From: Bacteroidota bacterium
GTDB taxonomy: Bacteria; Bacteroidota; Ignavibacteria; UBA10030; SZUA-254
DNA length: 64,000 bases
NCBI GenBank assembly: GCA_044449065.1
Contig: JBIOHP010000003.1
Span: 68,076-132,075 of the forward strand
Reading direction: 5' to 3'
Shown: in pieces, positions 45,807 to 55,585 of the stretch
How positions within the stretch are numbered: the first letter of the stretch is position 1
Layout: the number at the start of each line of letters is the position of its first letter
Notes under the pieces: model-generated
Seen by the model: only the letters and a program-made list of their open reading frames with translations
The model's database searches: none
What the model was told of the DNA's origin: nothing
Translations under genes and position numbers: made by a program

Positions 45807-45888
45807 TTTTGTTTTTCAGCATCTTTATTCACCTCTACTTTCCTTACTTTCTATTGAGATTCATTCCCTCGTTTAGTATTTTATAAGT

Positions 45889-47238
45889 ATGCAATACACC
45901 GGTCAATTCATAAAATTTGCTGGAATAATCCTGTTTACGGTTGCCCTATTACCTCTTCAAGCATGGGGACAGGATTTTTCAACATCGGTTACGATGGGGC
46001 ACGACCCGAATATCCTGGAAAGCGCTATTTCCATGCCCGATCAATTCTATCAATGGGAATTAAGTCTATCTAAAGATTTGGATTTCAATCAATTCCAGTT
46101 AAGCGCTTCGTACGATGGATCGCTGCAGATGTATCGCGATCAGCAAGGGCGAAATTTTTATCAGCATTCTCTCGTCGTCTCTCCATCATATATTTTTGGG
46201 CATTCCGACGATGATGATGAATCTTCCAATGATCCGCCCGATTCAACTACAAATAATGATGATTCCTCCGGGGTAGTGAATAAAATACCGCCGCCACCTC
46301 CGCCGAAAGTAGTGCCCGATTATCCTCCCGATAGTCTCGACCACGTTTTGTATAGCGCGTTTTTCTATTCTTCGCGAACTGATAAAGATGAATTTGATCA
46401 GTATGATAACGCTCATCCCGGCGGGTGGCTCCTGTACCGCTTTCCAATATCGGCGAAATTCAATCTTAGGCCCTCCGTTGGTATTTCGAGTTGGAACTTT
46501 GAAAACGTCGATGCGCTTTCTAACACGGAAAATTTTGCATCGTTGATGTTAGGCGCCTGGAATTCTTCAATCAACTGGATTGAAGGGGGAGCCACAATCG
46601 GCGAAGTGAATTATCTCTACTCTCGAACATATTATGACAGCGTGAGAATCGGAAACCCGGGACACGGGAAAAAAGGAGCCGGCGGCGGTCAATTGAGAGT
46701 TGATTCGCTCACATTCTCGAACCCATCAGTCGATCAGATTACCTGGAGAATTGCGGTGAATAAAAAATTCTTTAACAGCACGGAACTGAAACTTGGATAC
46801 GCGTATTTCGGACCGCCATCCAGCGAAGCCCGCGTTCTTCCCCCGCAATTCACCAATAGCGTCGGACGCAGCAAAGAATTAGTGTCGCTGACAGGGGTGA
46901 ATGAATTTTACGACGACCATTACGCTTATCAGGGTAGCGCGTTCACCGCCCATTTCGATCAGCCGTTTCTCTTCGATCTTTTGTTGCAGGGGGATTTTGA
47001 AATTCAGCAAAAAGAATTTACCAGTCCGGCGTTGAATCTCGTTGATTCCGTTGTCGCTCCCCGGCGTCTCGATCACCGGTTCTCCGGCTCGTTCACTCTT
47101 TCAAAATCATTTCCGGTTTTCATTAACGGCAAGCTTATTGCCCATCTTGTATACTCATATTTGAGGAATTCCTCCAATGCCGATTATTTCGTATTTGATA
47201 AAAGTGTGATCTCGTTTGGGTTGGAATTAACGTACTGA
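45889..47238 (+). CDS. Putative outer-membrane beta-barrel protein; possibly a T9SS-associated PorP/SprF- or PorV-like porin, but this is unverified
   Basis: It has a signal peptide (AWGQDF cleavage region). There are alternating amphipathic strands, a proline-rich linker (PPPPPPKVVPDYPPD), and a C-terminal ...ISFGLELTY ending in an aromatic residue, which is typical of outer-membrane beta-barrels. It is directly downstream of a T9SS cargo gene. Confidence 0.4.
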   Translation: MQYTGQFIKFAGIILFTVALLPLQAWGQDFSTSVTMGHDPNILESAISMPDQFYQWELSLSKDLDFNQFQLSASYDGSLQMYRDQQGRNFYQHSLVVSPSYIFGHSDDDDESSNDPPDSTTNNDDSSGVVNKIPPPPPPKVVPDYPPDSLDHVLYSAFFYSSRTDKDEFDQYDNAHPGGWLLYRFPISAKFNLRPSVGISSWNFENVDALSNTENFASLMLGAWNSSINWIEGGATIGEVNYLYSRTYYDSVRIGNPGHGKKGAGGGQLRVDSLTFSNPSVDQITWRIAVNKKFFNSTELKLGYAYFGPPSSEARVLPPQFTNSVGRSKELVSLTGVNEFYDDHYAYQGSAFTAHFDQPFLFDLLLQGDFEIQQKEFTSPALNLVDSVVAPRRLDHRFSGSFTLSKSFPVFINGKLIAHLVYSYLRNSSNADYFVFDKSVISFGLELTY

Positions 47239-47337
47239 AAAATATGTATTGTAGAATCTAATCAGGGGACCTGCCCGACTACTCAGACGTGTCAAAAGTT
47301 ACCCCTCTAAGATAATACCCCGCTTTCACGAGGCGAT

Positions 47338-48636
47338 CTAATCCGTTTCATCCTTAACTGTTGTCGGCTTCTGAATTTTAAACCGCACGGTTTTTACCCA
47401 TGTTCGTTTTTCCCGTTTAATCACATCGAGATAAATTGCCTTCCCGACAATATAAATCCAGAATTGGCAATAGGTAAAGTACATCAAGGCGGTCAGGAAG
47501 ATATTCTGCATAGTATCTTCGCGGTCATAGGAAAGCGCCAGAAGGATTTCGAGCATATATAATATTAACGCAACTATCCATACGGTTGTGAAGGGACCCG
47601 GCAATGTTATCAACACGACATTGAACGCACCAAGCAAAAAAAGCGCATCCGAAATAATGATGGCGACAAAAAACACGTAATAGAGCGATAATAAATACAG
47701 CAGCTCGATTCCGAGAAACTTATTCTTAAACGACCGGATTTCATGCAGAAATTTTAATCCGACATAATTATTTCCCCGTACCCATCTCGTCCGCTGCTTG
47801 ATCCAGACCCGCCACGATTCCGGCTCCTGTTCGTATGTTATCGAATAGGGAACAAACTTAATTAAATATCCTTCTTTGTAAATCCGGATGCTTAATTCCG
47901 AATCCTCGGTAATCGCATCCTCATCCCACCCGTTGAGTACATCCAATAATTTACGCCGGATGACAAGATTTGTCCCTGGAAGCGTGGCAACCTTAAACAT
48001 TTTCCATCTTCCGGCTTGCAGGATCGATTGAAAGCTCAGCGTTTCGATGTTGATAAACCGCGTGAGCAAATTTCTGGATTTATTCACCGTCCGAAATTTT
48101 CCGAGGACTGCGCCCAAGGCAGGATCAAGCAAGAGCTGCGCCATCAGATATTTCAGCGCCGATGGCTGGGGAGTATTATCAGCGTCATACACGGCGATAA
48201 ACTCGGCGTCGGTCTGTTTTAATCCAAGATTAAGCGCCCTCGATTTTCCTTTGCCGCCCTCGCTCTCCGGGATATTATAGAGGCGGAGTCGTTTATCATT
48301 TCTGGCGTATTCTTCAACAATCTCGGCGGTTTGATCCGTCGAGCCGTCGTTTATGACGATCACCTCCAACTTCTCCCTCGGATAATCGAGCAGCAGCATC
48401 GATTCGATGGTTTGGGCTATGACAACTTCTTCATTATGGGCGGGGATCAGGATGGAAACTTTCGGATAATCGAACTGCTGGGCGTCAATATGTTTTTTTT
48501 CTTTCAACGAGGACCGGTATTGAAAGAATCCAGCCAGCGTAAGAACGAGCTGGTACGCGATCATAAACCAGATCAGAATTACGGCAAGCAAAAAAACGAT
48601 GCTGAGATCGAGTTGGAGAAGACTTTGTTCGCCCAT
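47338..48636 (-). CDS. Processive family-2 glycosyltransferase (PgaC/IcaA/cellulose-synthase-like polysaccharide synthase)
   Basis: It has an N-terminal TM segment. The GT2 motifs are VINDGSTDQT, YDADN, and the processive Q(R)xRW motif QRTRWVRG. C-terminal TM helices are present. Confidence 0.8.
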   Translation of the reverse strand: MGEQSLLQLDLSIVFLLAVILIWFMIAYQLVLTLAGFFQYRSSLKEKKHIDAQQFDYPKVSILIPAHNEEVVIAQTIESMLLLDYPREKLEVIVINDGSTDQTAEIVEEYARNDKRLRLYNIPESEGGKGKSRALNLGLKQTDAEFIAVYDADNTPQPSALKYLMAQLLLDPALGAVLGKFRTVNKSRNLLTRFINIETLSFQSILQAGRWKMFKVATLPGTNLVIRRKLLDVLNGWDEDAITEDSELSIRIYKEGYLIKFVPYSITYEQEPESWRVWIKQRTRWVRGNNYVGLKFLHEIRSFKNKFLGIELLYLLSLYYVFFVAIIISDALFLLGAFNVVLITLPGPFTTVWIVALILYMLEILLALSYDREDTMQNIFLTALMYFTYCQFWIYIVGKAIYLDVIKREKRTWVKTVRFKIQKPTTVKDETD

Positions 48637-51600
48637 TTACTTTTTCGACGCTGCAGGACGTGAAAAGCGAATTATCATATAAAACAGAAACAACATCGCT
48701 ACAGCAAACACACCAAAAATTACTATAATCCAGGAAGACCAAAAACTTGTGATATCGACTCCGTAGGAAACACCGGTTTCGAGCACGGCGATAACCGAGT
48801 GTTCACCGGATGGCAGCATGACCGTAAATCGCTTATATCCTTCAAGCGATTCCACCGGATAATCGCTCCCATCCACCATCACATTATACGGAGGATGATT
48901 AAACGATGCGAAGCAGCGGGTCGTGCTAACATAGTTGAACTTAATCGATCGGTTCGAAGGAACAACGTCTTTCAAATTGCCTGTGATCGAAAAGAGTTTT
49001 CCCATGATCGGCATTTGAGTGAATGGAGCGCCAGACTGTTGGACGATCTTTACTGAGAATTGTCCGGGTGGGAGATAGAACCTGCCGCTATTGGAAAAAA
49101 GCTGTTTTCCTGTTGAGAGCTCCAACGATGAAATTGTGCTTGGTAATTGCGCGATGAGAGGAAAGGGAGTTGAGATATTCCAGCCATTATCGGTGAGATC
49201 TATCCAGGCAGGCGCCGATGCGGCGTAGCTGAATAAATGGCGATCCTGCGGTCGGACGCCCGATTCCGAATAAATTGTGAACCGGTCCGCCCCAAGCGCG
49301 GCGGATCGTATCATCTGGAAGCTTTCTGTCCCGGTTTGCACCAACGTTGGGAATGGAGTCGGTTTATTCTCTGTCCGAAATGGATAGATGTTCAAATCCA
49401 GCATCAGTCCGCCGGAATCCGGCACCAAGGCGCGATACGTTTCGGCGATTTTTTTATATCGCAACGGATCGGTCGACCACTGCGTTTGCGGGTCTTCTAT
49501 CTGCACGGTAAAATTGTGCCGTTTCCGTAAAGAGATGATCTCGCGCGTATCCACCCCAAGGTATGTCCGCAGATTTGGATTATTAAGATCATCCATGATC
49601 GTTACGATGATATCAAGGTATGGTTTTTTGGTCTTTACTTCATCGAAGAGAGAAAGAAATTCATCATGAAGCCGGGTTAATGTCTGTATCCGGTACCCTT
49701 CGTATTTTTTCAATGCCGCGGGATTTTTCCGCCAATAATTCATCGATGTGGAATCCAGAAGTTGCACGGGATCGAATCCGTATTTATAGTGAAATTCATC
49801 CCGCGCCGAAACATGCATCGGATTAAATGTTGCCGGGTCTAAAACGCCGGAGGGGGATTCGAAATAAAGTTCGGCAAGATTGACGCCATCCCAATCATAG
49901 GATTGCAGCATGTCGCGGTAGAAAGTTTTTACAGCGGCAAGACACTGTGAATTGGTCAGCGCGGCAAGATAGCGCCATGCGGGAGGAATTTGCTGACCTT
50001 TATAGTTTACCTCCCGCCATTCGGGATGGTCGTCCCAGAATTTTTTTGTCACCATCGGCGGTTCAAGCCATACGTACACCAGGATGCCGTTCGCGTGGCA
50101 AAGTTTAATCAGGTGATCGTAGGCATAAGTGTAATTCGCATAAAAGTCCCAACCGGTCACATGAATGCGCCTTACTCCATCCTCCACCCAGCGTTTGACG
50201 AGATCTTCTTCGCTGACATTTTTGCGGTAGCCGGGATCGAAATACATTTCAAGATTTTCTCTGCGGAAAACCGGGCGGAGATGGAGATAACGTTCGATGT
50301 ATTCGATAACATAGGGAAATCGGCTGTATCCTTCGGAGCTCTGGGGATCGAACCGTATGCCGATATAAATAAATTTTCCATTTCCCCGCTGCCGTCCAAT
50401 CACTACGGGCGCGTCGGTTCTTTCATCGACGCAGAGAATGTCGTCATCGCGTTCTGCATCGAACCGGTTCATGATTTCCGGCTCGCGCATCCATAAAAGA
50501 TCTTCCGGATAGAGCAAATCACGCATGCGTTCGATTCGCAGCGATGAATTCGCAAATTTAATTCCCAGTTCCTGGGCAAGCTCGTTCTTCCCGTCGGTAA
50601 TGACGTTTCCGCCCTTTTCTACATACTGCAGCAATCGGTCGTAATCGGTGTTTTTCAATTGCTCGACCGTATTGTACGGAATCACGATAAGATTGTAGTC
50701 GTTCATCGCTTCCAGCGAGTCATTAACGAGCGTATCAACCGGAATATTCAACGCCTGGAACATCGAGACAAAACTCGCTTGATTATTAAAAGCGCTTCCC
50801 TGGGCCTTCGGATCAATGAGAACTGCGGCGCGCACTTCGTTAAACGATTCCTCGCGCTTGGCGAGGTTTTCCCAGGTCGTCTTGATCTGATTCGATATTT
50901 TTTCAAAAAATGATAATTCTGCCTGATGATATTCAGAGGGTTCGGCAAGGTAGACCATCCCCGCAGGAACTTGAACAGCCCGTTTAAACAAACCATTAAT
51001 GCGCTCTGCAGAAATAGTCTGATGGTCAATTTCACCTCTGTTAAGCCAAATCTCACGAAGATACTGGTCTTCGAGTGTTAATTCATAATTTTGGGCGCCT
51101 GTGAGGATGATCCGATCCTTCAACCGGACTTGAAGTGATTCCTCTTTAACGTCCATAAACGTGTATCCAAGCGCCTCGACAGAATCGACATACTCAGCCA
51201 TATATTTCGTGTCGATCACAGGGTGGATAAACGCGGAAGCGAATCCATCACGGACGCCAAGCTCGGCTCTTGCCCCGTCGACCAGCAATTGTAATGATTG
51301 TTGTTCGGCGCCCGAAGAATCGTTATCGGGAATATACCCCAGAGTTTCCGGAATAAGCCGCTGTCCGTGAAGATCGTGATTAATGATATAGGGGTAGTAC
51401 TGGCTGTAGTCCGGATTATCTATCACCATCCGCTGTTCCATTGCTGTATTAAAGAATTCACTGAACACGGAATAATCTAATTGTGTCGCTGTATAATGGG
51501 GTGTTTCCCAGATGAGCGGGTAAAGATTGTTTTTCCAGAATTCGTCCAATCCCATTCGCATCTTTTTTTCAACGTATTCTTTTGAGTCGTTATGAATCGG

Positions 51601-52641
51601 CTTGTTGAGCGTCCCATCCCAAAATTCAAAATCCACAGCCGTCGCACCCTGATATTGATGTGTAACGCCGTGCATGACAATTGTCGCACCATGAGCAACC
51701 ATATAATGAAGAGCGTCGACAAAATCAGGTTTCTCAGACATGCTGATGCGGATCTCTTGCTGCGGATCGACATAGAACGGGATCACTCCGACCAGAAACG
51801 GAATATTTTTCGAGGAGAGAAGATCGGCGATTGCGCGAAGTCGTCCGGGATTTTCGAATGCGTTTACATCTTCTATTCGCAGCAAGGCGCGATGGTTTTC
51901 AGAATGCGGTTGACCCAGAATATCGTGCAGCAGATCGGCAAAGTATAAATAGCGATCAGTGCCATCTGCAGAAGCGAACGGAGAATCTGCAACGTACATA
52001 AAATTTCCGCTTTGGACAATGTATTTCTCCTCGCGTTTACGCGTGGGAGAATACGCAGTGCCCAGAACTTCCACTTTCGATGGTGTATTGATAGTAATAA
52101 TATTGAGGTTTGGTTCACCTTTGGTATAAACCCTGCCGCCTGCGTGCACAATGGAGAAATTCGATACTGTATCAAAATCAGAAAATTTGAATCCGTATTT
52201 TCCCACGATATCAAATTTCTGACAGTATCGGTCGAAACCCGTGTTGAGCCAGATTACATCTGTCGATGTCGAGAAAAGGTCTCGCATCATCCGATCTGGC
52301 GGGTCAAATTTTTTGCTGAAACCGATAATAAAAATTCTATCGAAATTATTTACATCGCCCGATTTGTACGATTGTATCGGTTCAAGTCGGTAATCAACGG
52401 TAAAATGGCCCAGTAATTGTGCAAGTTCACGAGCATCGCCGCGAGCATAATTTGTGGCAATATCGGCGCCTTCGTACAGAATCAACACATGTTTCGCAGG
52501 GCTTTGATAAGCGAGTGAAAGATCCTTCCATCCGGGGATTAAAAGAAGTAATAGTAAGAGGGAGCTGGAGATCCTTCTCATATAGACAATAAACGTGTAT
52601 ACATCTCGCATAAAATGAATAGATCCATACCTATCTAACAT
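48637..52641 (-). CDS. Large (about 1314-1334 aa) exopolysaccharide-associated protein with a DUF2334/polysaccharide-deacetylase-like domain, a GHL10-like TIM-barrel domain, and a C-terminal TM anchor. It is translationally coupled to the GT2 synthase.
   Basis: The signal peptide is likely to start at the second Met (MRRISSSLLLLLLLIPGW, 52581). The DUF2334-like region reads LRIEDVNAF...IPFLVGVIPFY...MHGVTHQY. The GH-like region reads IHVTGWDFYANYTYAYDHL...VYVWLEPPMV...DWDGVNLAELYFE. A C-terminal hydrophobic helix follows (IIVIFGVFAVAMLFLFYMII). Its stop abuts the GT2 start codon. The domain names come from memory of B. subtilis YdaL-type loci, not from a search. Confidence 0.55.
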   Translation of the reverse strand: MLDRYGSIHFMRDVYTFIVYMRRISSSLLLLLLLIPGWKDLSLAYQSPAKHVLILYEGADIATNYARGDARELAQLLGHFTVDYRLEPIQSYKSGDVNNFDRIFIIGFSKKFDPPDRMMRDLFSTSTDVIWLNTGFDRYCQKFDIVGKYGFKFSDFDTVSNFSIVHAGGRVYTKGEPNLNIITINTPSKVEVLGTAYSPTRKREEKYIVQSGNFMYVADSPFASADGTDRYLYFADLLHDILGQPHSENHRALLRIEDVNAFENPGRLRAIADLLSSKNIPFLVGVIPFYVDPQQEIRISMSEKPDFVDALHYMVAHGATIVMHGVTHQYQGATAVDFEFWDGTLNKPIHNDSKEYVEKKMRMGLDEFWKNNLYPLIWETPHYTATQLDYSVFSEFFNTAMEQRMVIDNPDYSQYYPYIINHDLHGQRLIPETLGYIPDNDSSGAEQQSLQLLVDGARAELGVRDGFASAFIHPVIDTKYMAEYVDSVEALGYTFMDVKEESLQVRLKDRIILTGAQNYELTLEDQYLREIWLNRGEIDHQTISAERINGLFKRAVQVPAGMVYLAEPSEYHQAELSFFEKISNQIKTTWENLAKREESFNEVRAAVLIDPKAQGSAFNNQASFVSMFQALNIPVDTLVNDSLEAMNDYNLIVIPYNTVEQLKNTDYDRLLQYVEKGGNVITDGKNELAQELGIKFANSSLRIERMRDLLYPEDLLWMREPEIMNRFDAERDDDILCVDERTDAPVVIGRQRGNGKFIYIGIRFDPQSSEGYSRFPYVIEYIERYLHLRPVFRRENLEMYFDPGYRKNVSEEDLVKRWVEDGVRRIHVTGWDFYANYTYAYDHLIKLCHANGILVYVWLEPPMVTKKFWDDHPEWREVNYKGQQIPPAWRYLAALTNSQCLAAVKTFYRDMLQSYDWDGVNLAELYFESPSGVLDPATFNPMHVSARDEFHYKYGFDPVQLLDSTSMNYWRKNPAALKKYEGYRIQTLTRLHDEFLSLFDEVKTKKPYLDIIVTIMDDLNNPNLRTYLGVDTREIISLRKRHNFTVQIEDPQTQWSTDPLRYKKIAETYRALVPDSGGLMLDLNIYPFRTENKPTPFPTLVQTGTESFQMIRSAALGADRFTIYSESGVRPQDRHLFSYAASAPAWIDLTDNGWNISTPFPLIAQLPSTISSLELSTGKQLFSNSGRFYLPPGQFSVKIVQQSGAPFTQMPIMGKLFSITGNLKDVVPSNRSIKFNYVSTTRCFASFNHPPYNVMVDGSDYPVESLEGYKRFTVMLPSGEHSVIAVLETGVSYGVDITSFWSSWIIVIFGVFAVAMLFLFYMIIRFSRPAASKK

Positions 52642-52784
52642 ACCTTATTGTACTAAATTTAACAAACCAAATTTGCAATCAATTCTGAAATGCTAATTTT
52701 ATCCGTGTAATGGCAAATATTTTTTTGTATTTTATAAATATAATCGATTTTGTATGTCTATAATTATTCAGGTATTAGAATTCC

Positions 52785-55019
52785 ATGAAGCCGTTTGCCT
52801 TAATTATTATACTCGGATTAATTATTTTTAATTCATCCATTCTTTTTACCCAATGGGAATGGCAAAACCCTTACCCGCAGGGTAATACATTAAATATGGT
52901 TCGTTTTATAGACGCCTCGAATGGATGGGCCGTTGGGAACTTCGGTACTATCATCCATACTGCCGATGGAGGCGCGCATTGGGATGTTCAATGGTATGGA
53001 TCCACCGATAATGTACAATCAATTTCTATGGTATCTTCCACCGAAGGTTACGCAGTAGGCGATAACGGAATAGTTGAACATACGACCGATGCAGGCGACG
53101 ACTGGCTTGATTTGACTCCGCCTGTTTTATCGGGTTTAAACGCCGTTCATTTTATCAACTCAACAACCGGCTGGGTTGGCGGCGATCTGATGACGATCTT
53201 GAAAACCACAAATGGCGGTTCATCATGGCAAACGGAAAATGTTGGAAGCGGAAGTATCAACGCATTGTATTTCTTTAATGCCAGCGATGGATGGGCTGTC
53301 GGCACAAGCAACACGATTCTTCACACTACGAACGGCGGCGCGCATTGGACGTCCGTTTCCAGCAGCGCTTCACCAGCTTCATTTCTGAGTATTACATTCT
53401 ATAATTCGCTGATCGGGATTATTACCGGAACGGGCGGTACAGTCTGCCATACAACCGATGGTGGATCAACATGGACTTTAATTCCAACTCCGGTAATTTC
53501 CGATCTTAACGGGACTCTAACGTTGAACGCTGCCGAGTGGTTAGTGGGCGGAGCATCGGGAGTGATACTGCATACTACGAATAGCGGCGTTTCATGGTCT
53601 CTCAATAATATATCGGATGGCCGGGATATACAGACCCTCGCTATGGCAGGATCGAACAGTATCGTCGCCGGTGAATTGGGTGAAATATATAGTTCCTCCA
53701 ACGGGGGTGGATCATGGAACCAATTAGACCAGGGACAACACTTGAGCGTGAATTGGATTGATTTCGCGCCGGGAAGTTTATCGGGGGGAGCAGTTGGGCA
53801 AACAGGTTTGATTGTTACCAGTACCGATGGTGGAACGACGTGGAAAGAAGCAGCGTCTCCCGCTCCGTTGATCTCATGCTACGGTTTAAAATATATCGAT
53901 AGTACCCACGCCTGTGCCGTTGGCGACGCTGGAACAATTCTTCGCACGACAGATGGAACCATCTGGTCAACTGTTTCAAGCCCAACTGCGCAATCTCTGC
54001 TGGGGATTGATTTCAGTGATTTGACAAATGGATGGATCGTAGGCGCTGATTTCAATAGTTTTACCGGTTCGATTCTTCATAGCACTGACGGTGGCGCCTC
54101 CTGGAATATTCAAGTCGCGACAACTACGAATATCCTCTACGGGGTGTCATTTCTCAATGCTACAACCGGTTGGGTGTGCGGCGAGGGCGGCACAATCCTT
54201 CACACCACAGACGGTGGGGGTTCATGGAATCCCCAAACAAGCGGAGTCACGATCGCTCTTTTCTGGATTCACATGAGCGACTTCGTAAATGGTTGGGCAG
54301 TTGGGGAATCAGGAACGGTACTGCATACGACGAACGGGGGAGCCGCGTGGACTTCCGTTCAACATTTAACCACTACAACCCTGTATGGTGTTGCAGCCGC
54401 CTCACCGGACGAAGCTGTCGTCGTGGGAGATAGCGGCATCGTCTTGCACACTTTTGATGGCGGAAGCTCCTGGCAAATGGAATATAGCAGAACTCTTAAT
54501 GGATTGTTTGGCGCAAGCAATAACACTGAAGGTTTTGTCATTTCTGGGGACTACGGCGCGATATTACAGGAATTGAACCCTAATACTAATCCGACGATGG
54601 TAATGGCATCTGGCTGGAATATGATTTCGTTTCCTTTTATACCGCAGGATCCGCGGGTTACAACAATTTTTCCGGATGCGGCTTCGAGCGCATTCATTTA
54701 CAATTCCACGGGATACCACGCCCAGGATTCACTGAAAAGCGGAATGGGATTCTGGCTCAAATTTAATTCAGCCGATTCGGTATTGGTGAGAGGTTCCCTT
54801 GTGTTGAAGGATTCCGTAATTGTTCGCCGCGGTTGGAATCTCATCGGCTCTGTTGGCTCAACGATTCCCCTTTCTGCAATTAGCACGAATCCTTTGGGCA
54901 TTATCGTATCGCCATTTTACGGTTATTCTTCGGGATATGTTCAATCGGATTCACTCTATTTTTCAAAAGCATACTGGGTAAAAACGTCTGCCGCTGGCAC
55001 AGTGTATCTCGGGCATTGA
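52785..55019 (+). CDS. Secreted Ycf48-like/BNR-repeat beta-propeller protein ending in a duplicated 'GWN...GYWVK' module, with no T9SS CTD
   Basis: It has a signal peptide and at least 13 T-x-D/N-G-G-x-x-W repeats (TADGGAHW, TTDAGDDW, TTNGGSSW, TTDGGSTW, and so on). The C-terminal roughly 140 aa resemble aa about 610-750 of the 883-aa cargo protein (GWNMISFP...GFWLKF / GWNLIGSV...AYWVKT). Confidence 0.7.
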   Translation: MKPFALIIILGLIIFNSSILFTQWEWQNPYPQGNTLNMVRFIDASNGWAVGNFGTIIHTADGGAHWDVQWYGSTDNVQSISMVSSTEGYAVGDNGIVEHTTDAGDDWLDLTPPVLSGLNAVHFINSTTGWVGGDLMTILKTTNGGSSWQTENVGSGSINALYFFNASDGWAVGTSNTILHTTNGGAHWTSVSSSASPASFLSITFYNSLIGIITGTGGTVCHTTDGGSTWTLIPTPVISDLNGTLTLNAAEWLVGGASGVILHTTNSGVSWSLNNISDGRDIQTLAMAGSNSIVAGELGEIYSSSNGGGSWNQLDQGQHLSVNWIDFAPGSLSGGAVGQTGLIVTSTDGGTTWKEAASPAPLISCYGLKYIDSTHACAVGDAGTILRTTDGTIWSTVSSPTAQSLLGIDFSDLTNGWIVGADFNSFTGSILHSTDGGASWNIQVATTTNILYGVSFLNATTGWVCGEGGTILHTTDGGGSWNPQTSGVTIALFWIHMSDFVNGWAVGESGTVLHTTNGGAAWTSVQHLTTTTLYGVAAASPDEAVVVGDSGIVLHTFDGGSSWQMEYSRTLNGLFGASNNTEGFVISGDYGAILQELNPNTNPTMVMASGWNMISFPFIPQDPRVTTIFPDAASSAFIYNSTGYHAQDSLKSGMGFWLKFNSADSVLVRGSLVLKDSVIVRRGWNLIGSVGSTIPLSAISTNPLGIIVSPFYGYSSGYVQSDSLYFSKAYWVKTSAAGTVYLGH

Positions 55020-55052
55020 GAGAATAATAATCGAACAGACACGAAGTTTGTA

Positions 55053-55116
55053 TGAAGAGTCATCGCGATCCCGACAGTAGTCGGGAGTCGCGATTTCCTA
55101 CTATCGATGCAAATCG
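55053..55116 (+). ncRNA. Copy B of the same structured intergenic element
   Basis: tgaagagtcATCGCGAtCCCGACagtagGTCGGGagTCGCGATttcctacTATCGATGCAAAtcg. The outer stem is identical to copy A. The inner stem differs at every base but keeps its complementarity (TTCCGC/GCGGAA versus CCCGAC/GTCGGG). Confidence 0.5.
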
Positions 55117-55585
55117 CAAAAGAATGAATCTCAATTAAAACATCAACATAGTTTTCGCGCAATCTGGCAGCGTTGAAAACGTCTCCCCCTCACCATTGAA
55201 ATATTCTACAGTTCTTGGAAGAAAGTTGATTCGTTGTCATTAATAGTTTTATCTATAATATAGGGATCCGTCTTGCCCCTTTCTTTTCTTTATTTTCCCT
55301 AAAAAATGAAATAGATTTTCAAATGTAATTTTATCATTTGTGAAATCATATTTTCGCACTCTTGATAATTATCCTCACCAAATTACCTCTAAATTTTATC
55401 CTTTTAAAAATAATTAGCTAAAACGCGCAATAAACGAACAAAACTGTTTCTCGTAAACATATTTCGTATACAAAGTAATGGCATATTTATTGTTGACATT
55501 TTATACAATCTTAAAATACTACCCATATTTTAGTGAAATTATGATGGGTAAATTTCAATGTTGATTAAGAAAGCGAATTGTAAAC

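Noticed and set aside
48016-52416. Multiple + strand ORFs (60-170 aa) opposite the GT2 and 1334-aa genes (e.g. 48331-48663, 49990-50496, 51592-51948, 52012-52416)
   Set aside because: They are antisense to long, domain-bearing minus-strand genes, and no motifs were found.
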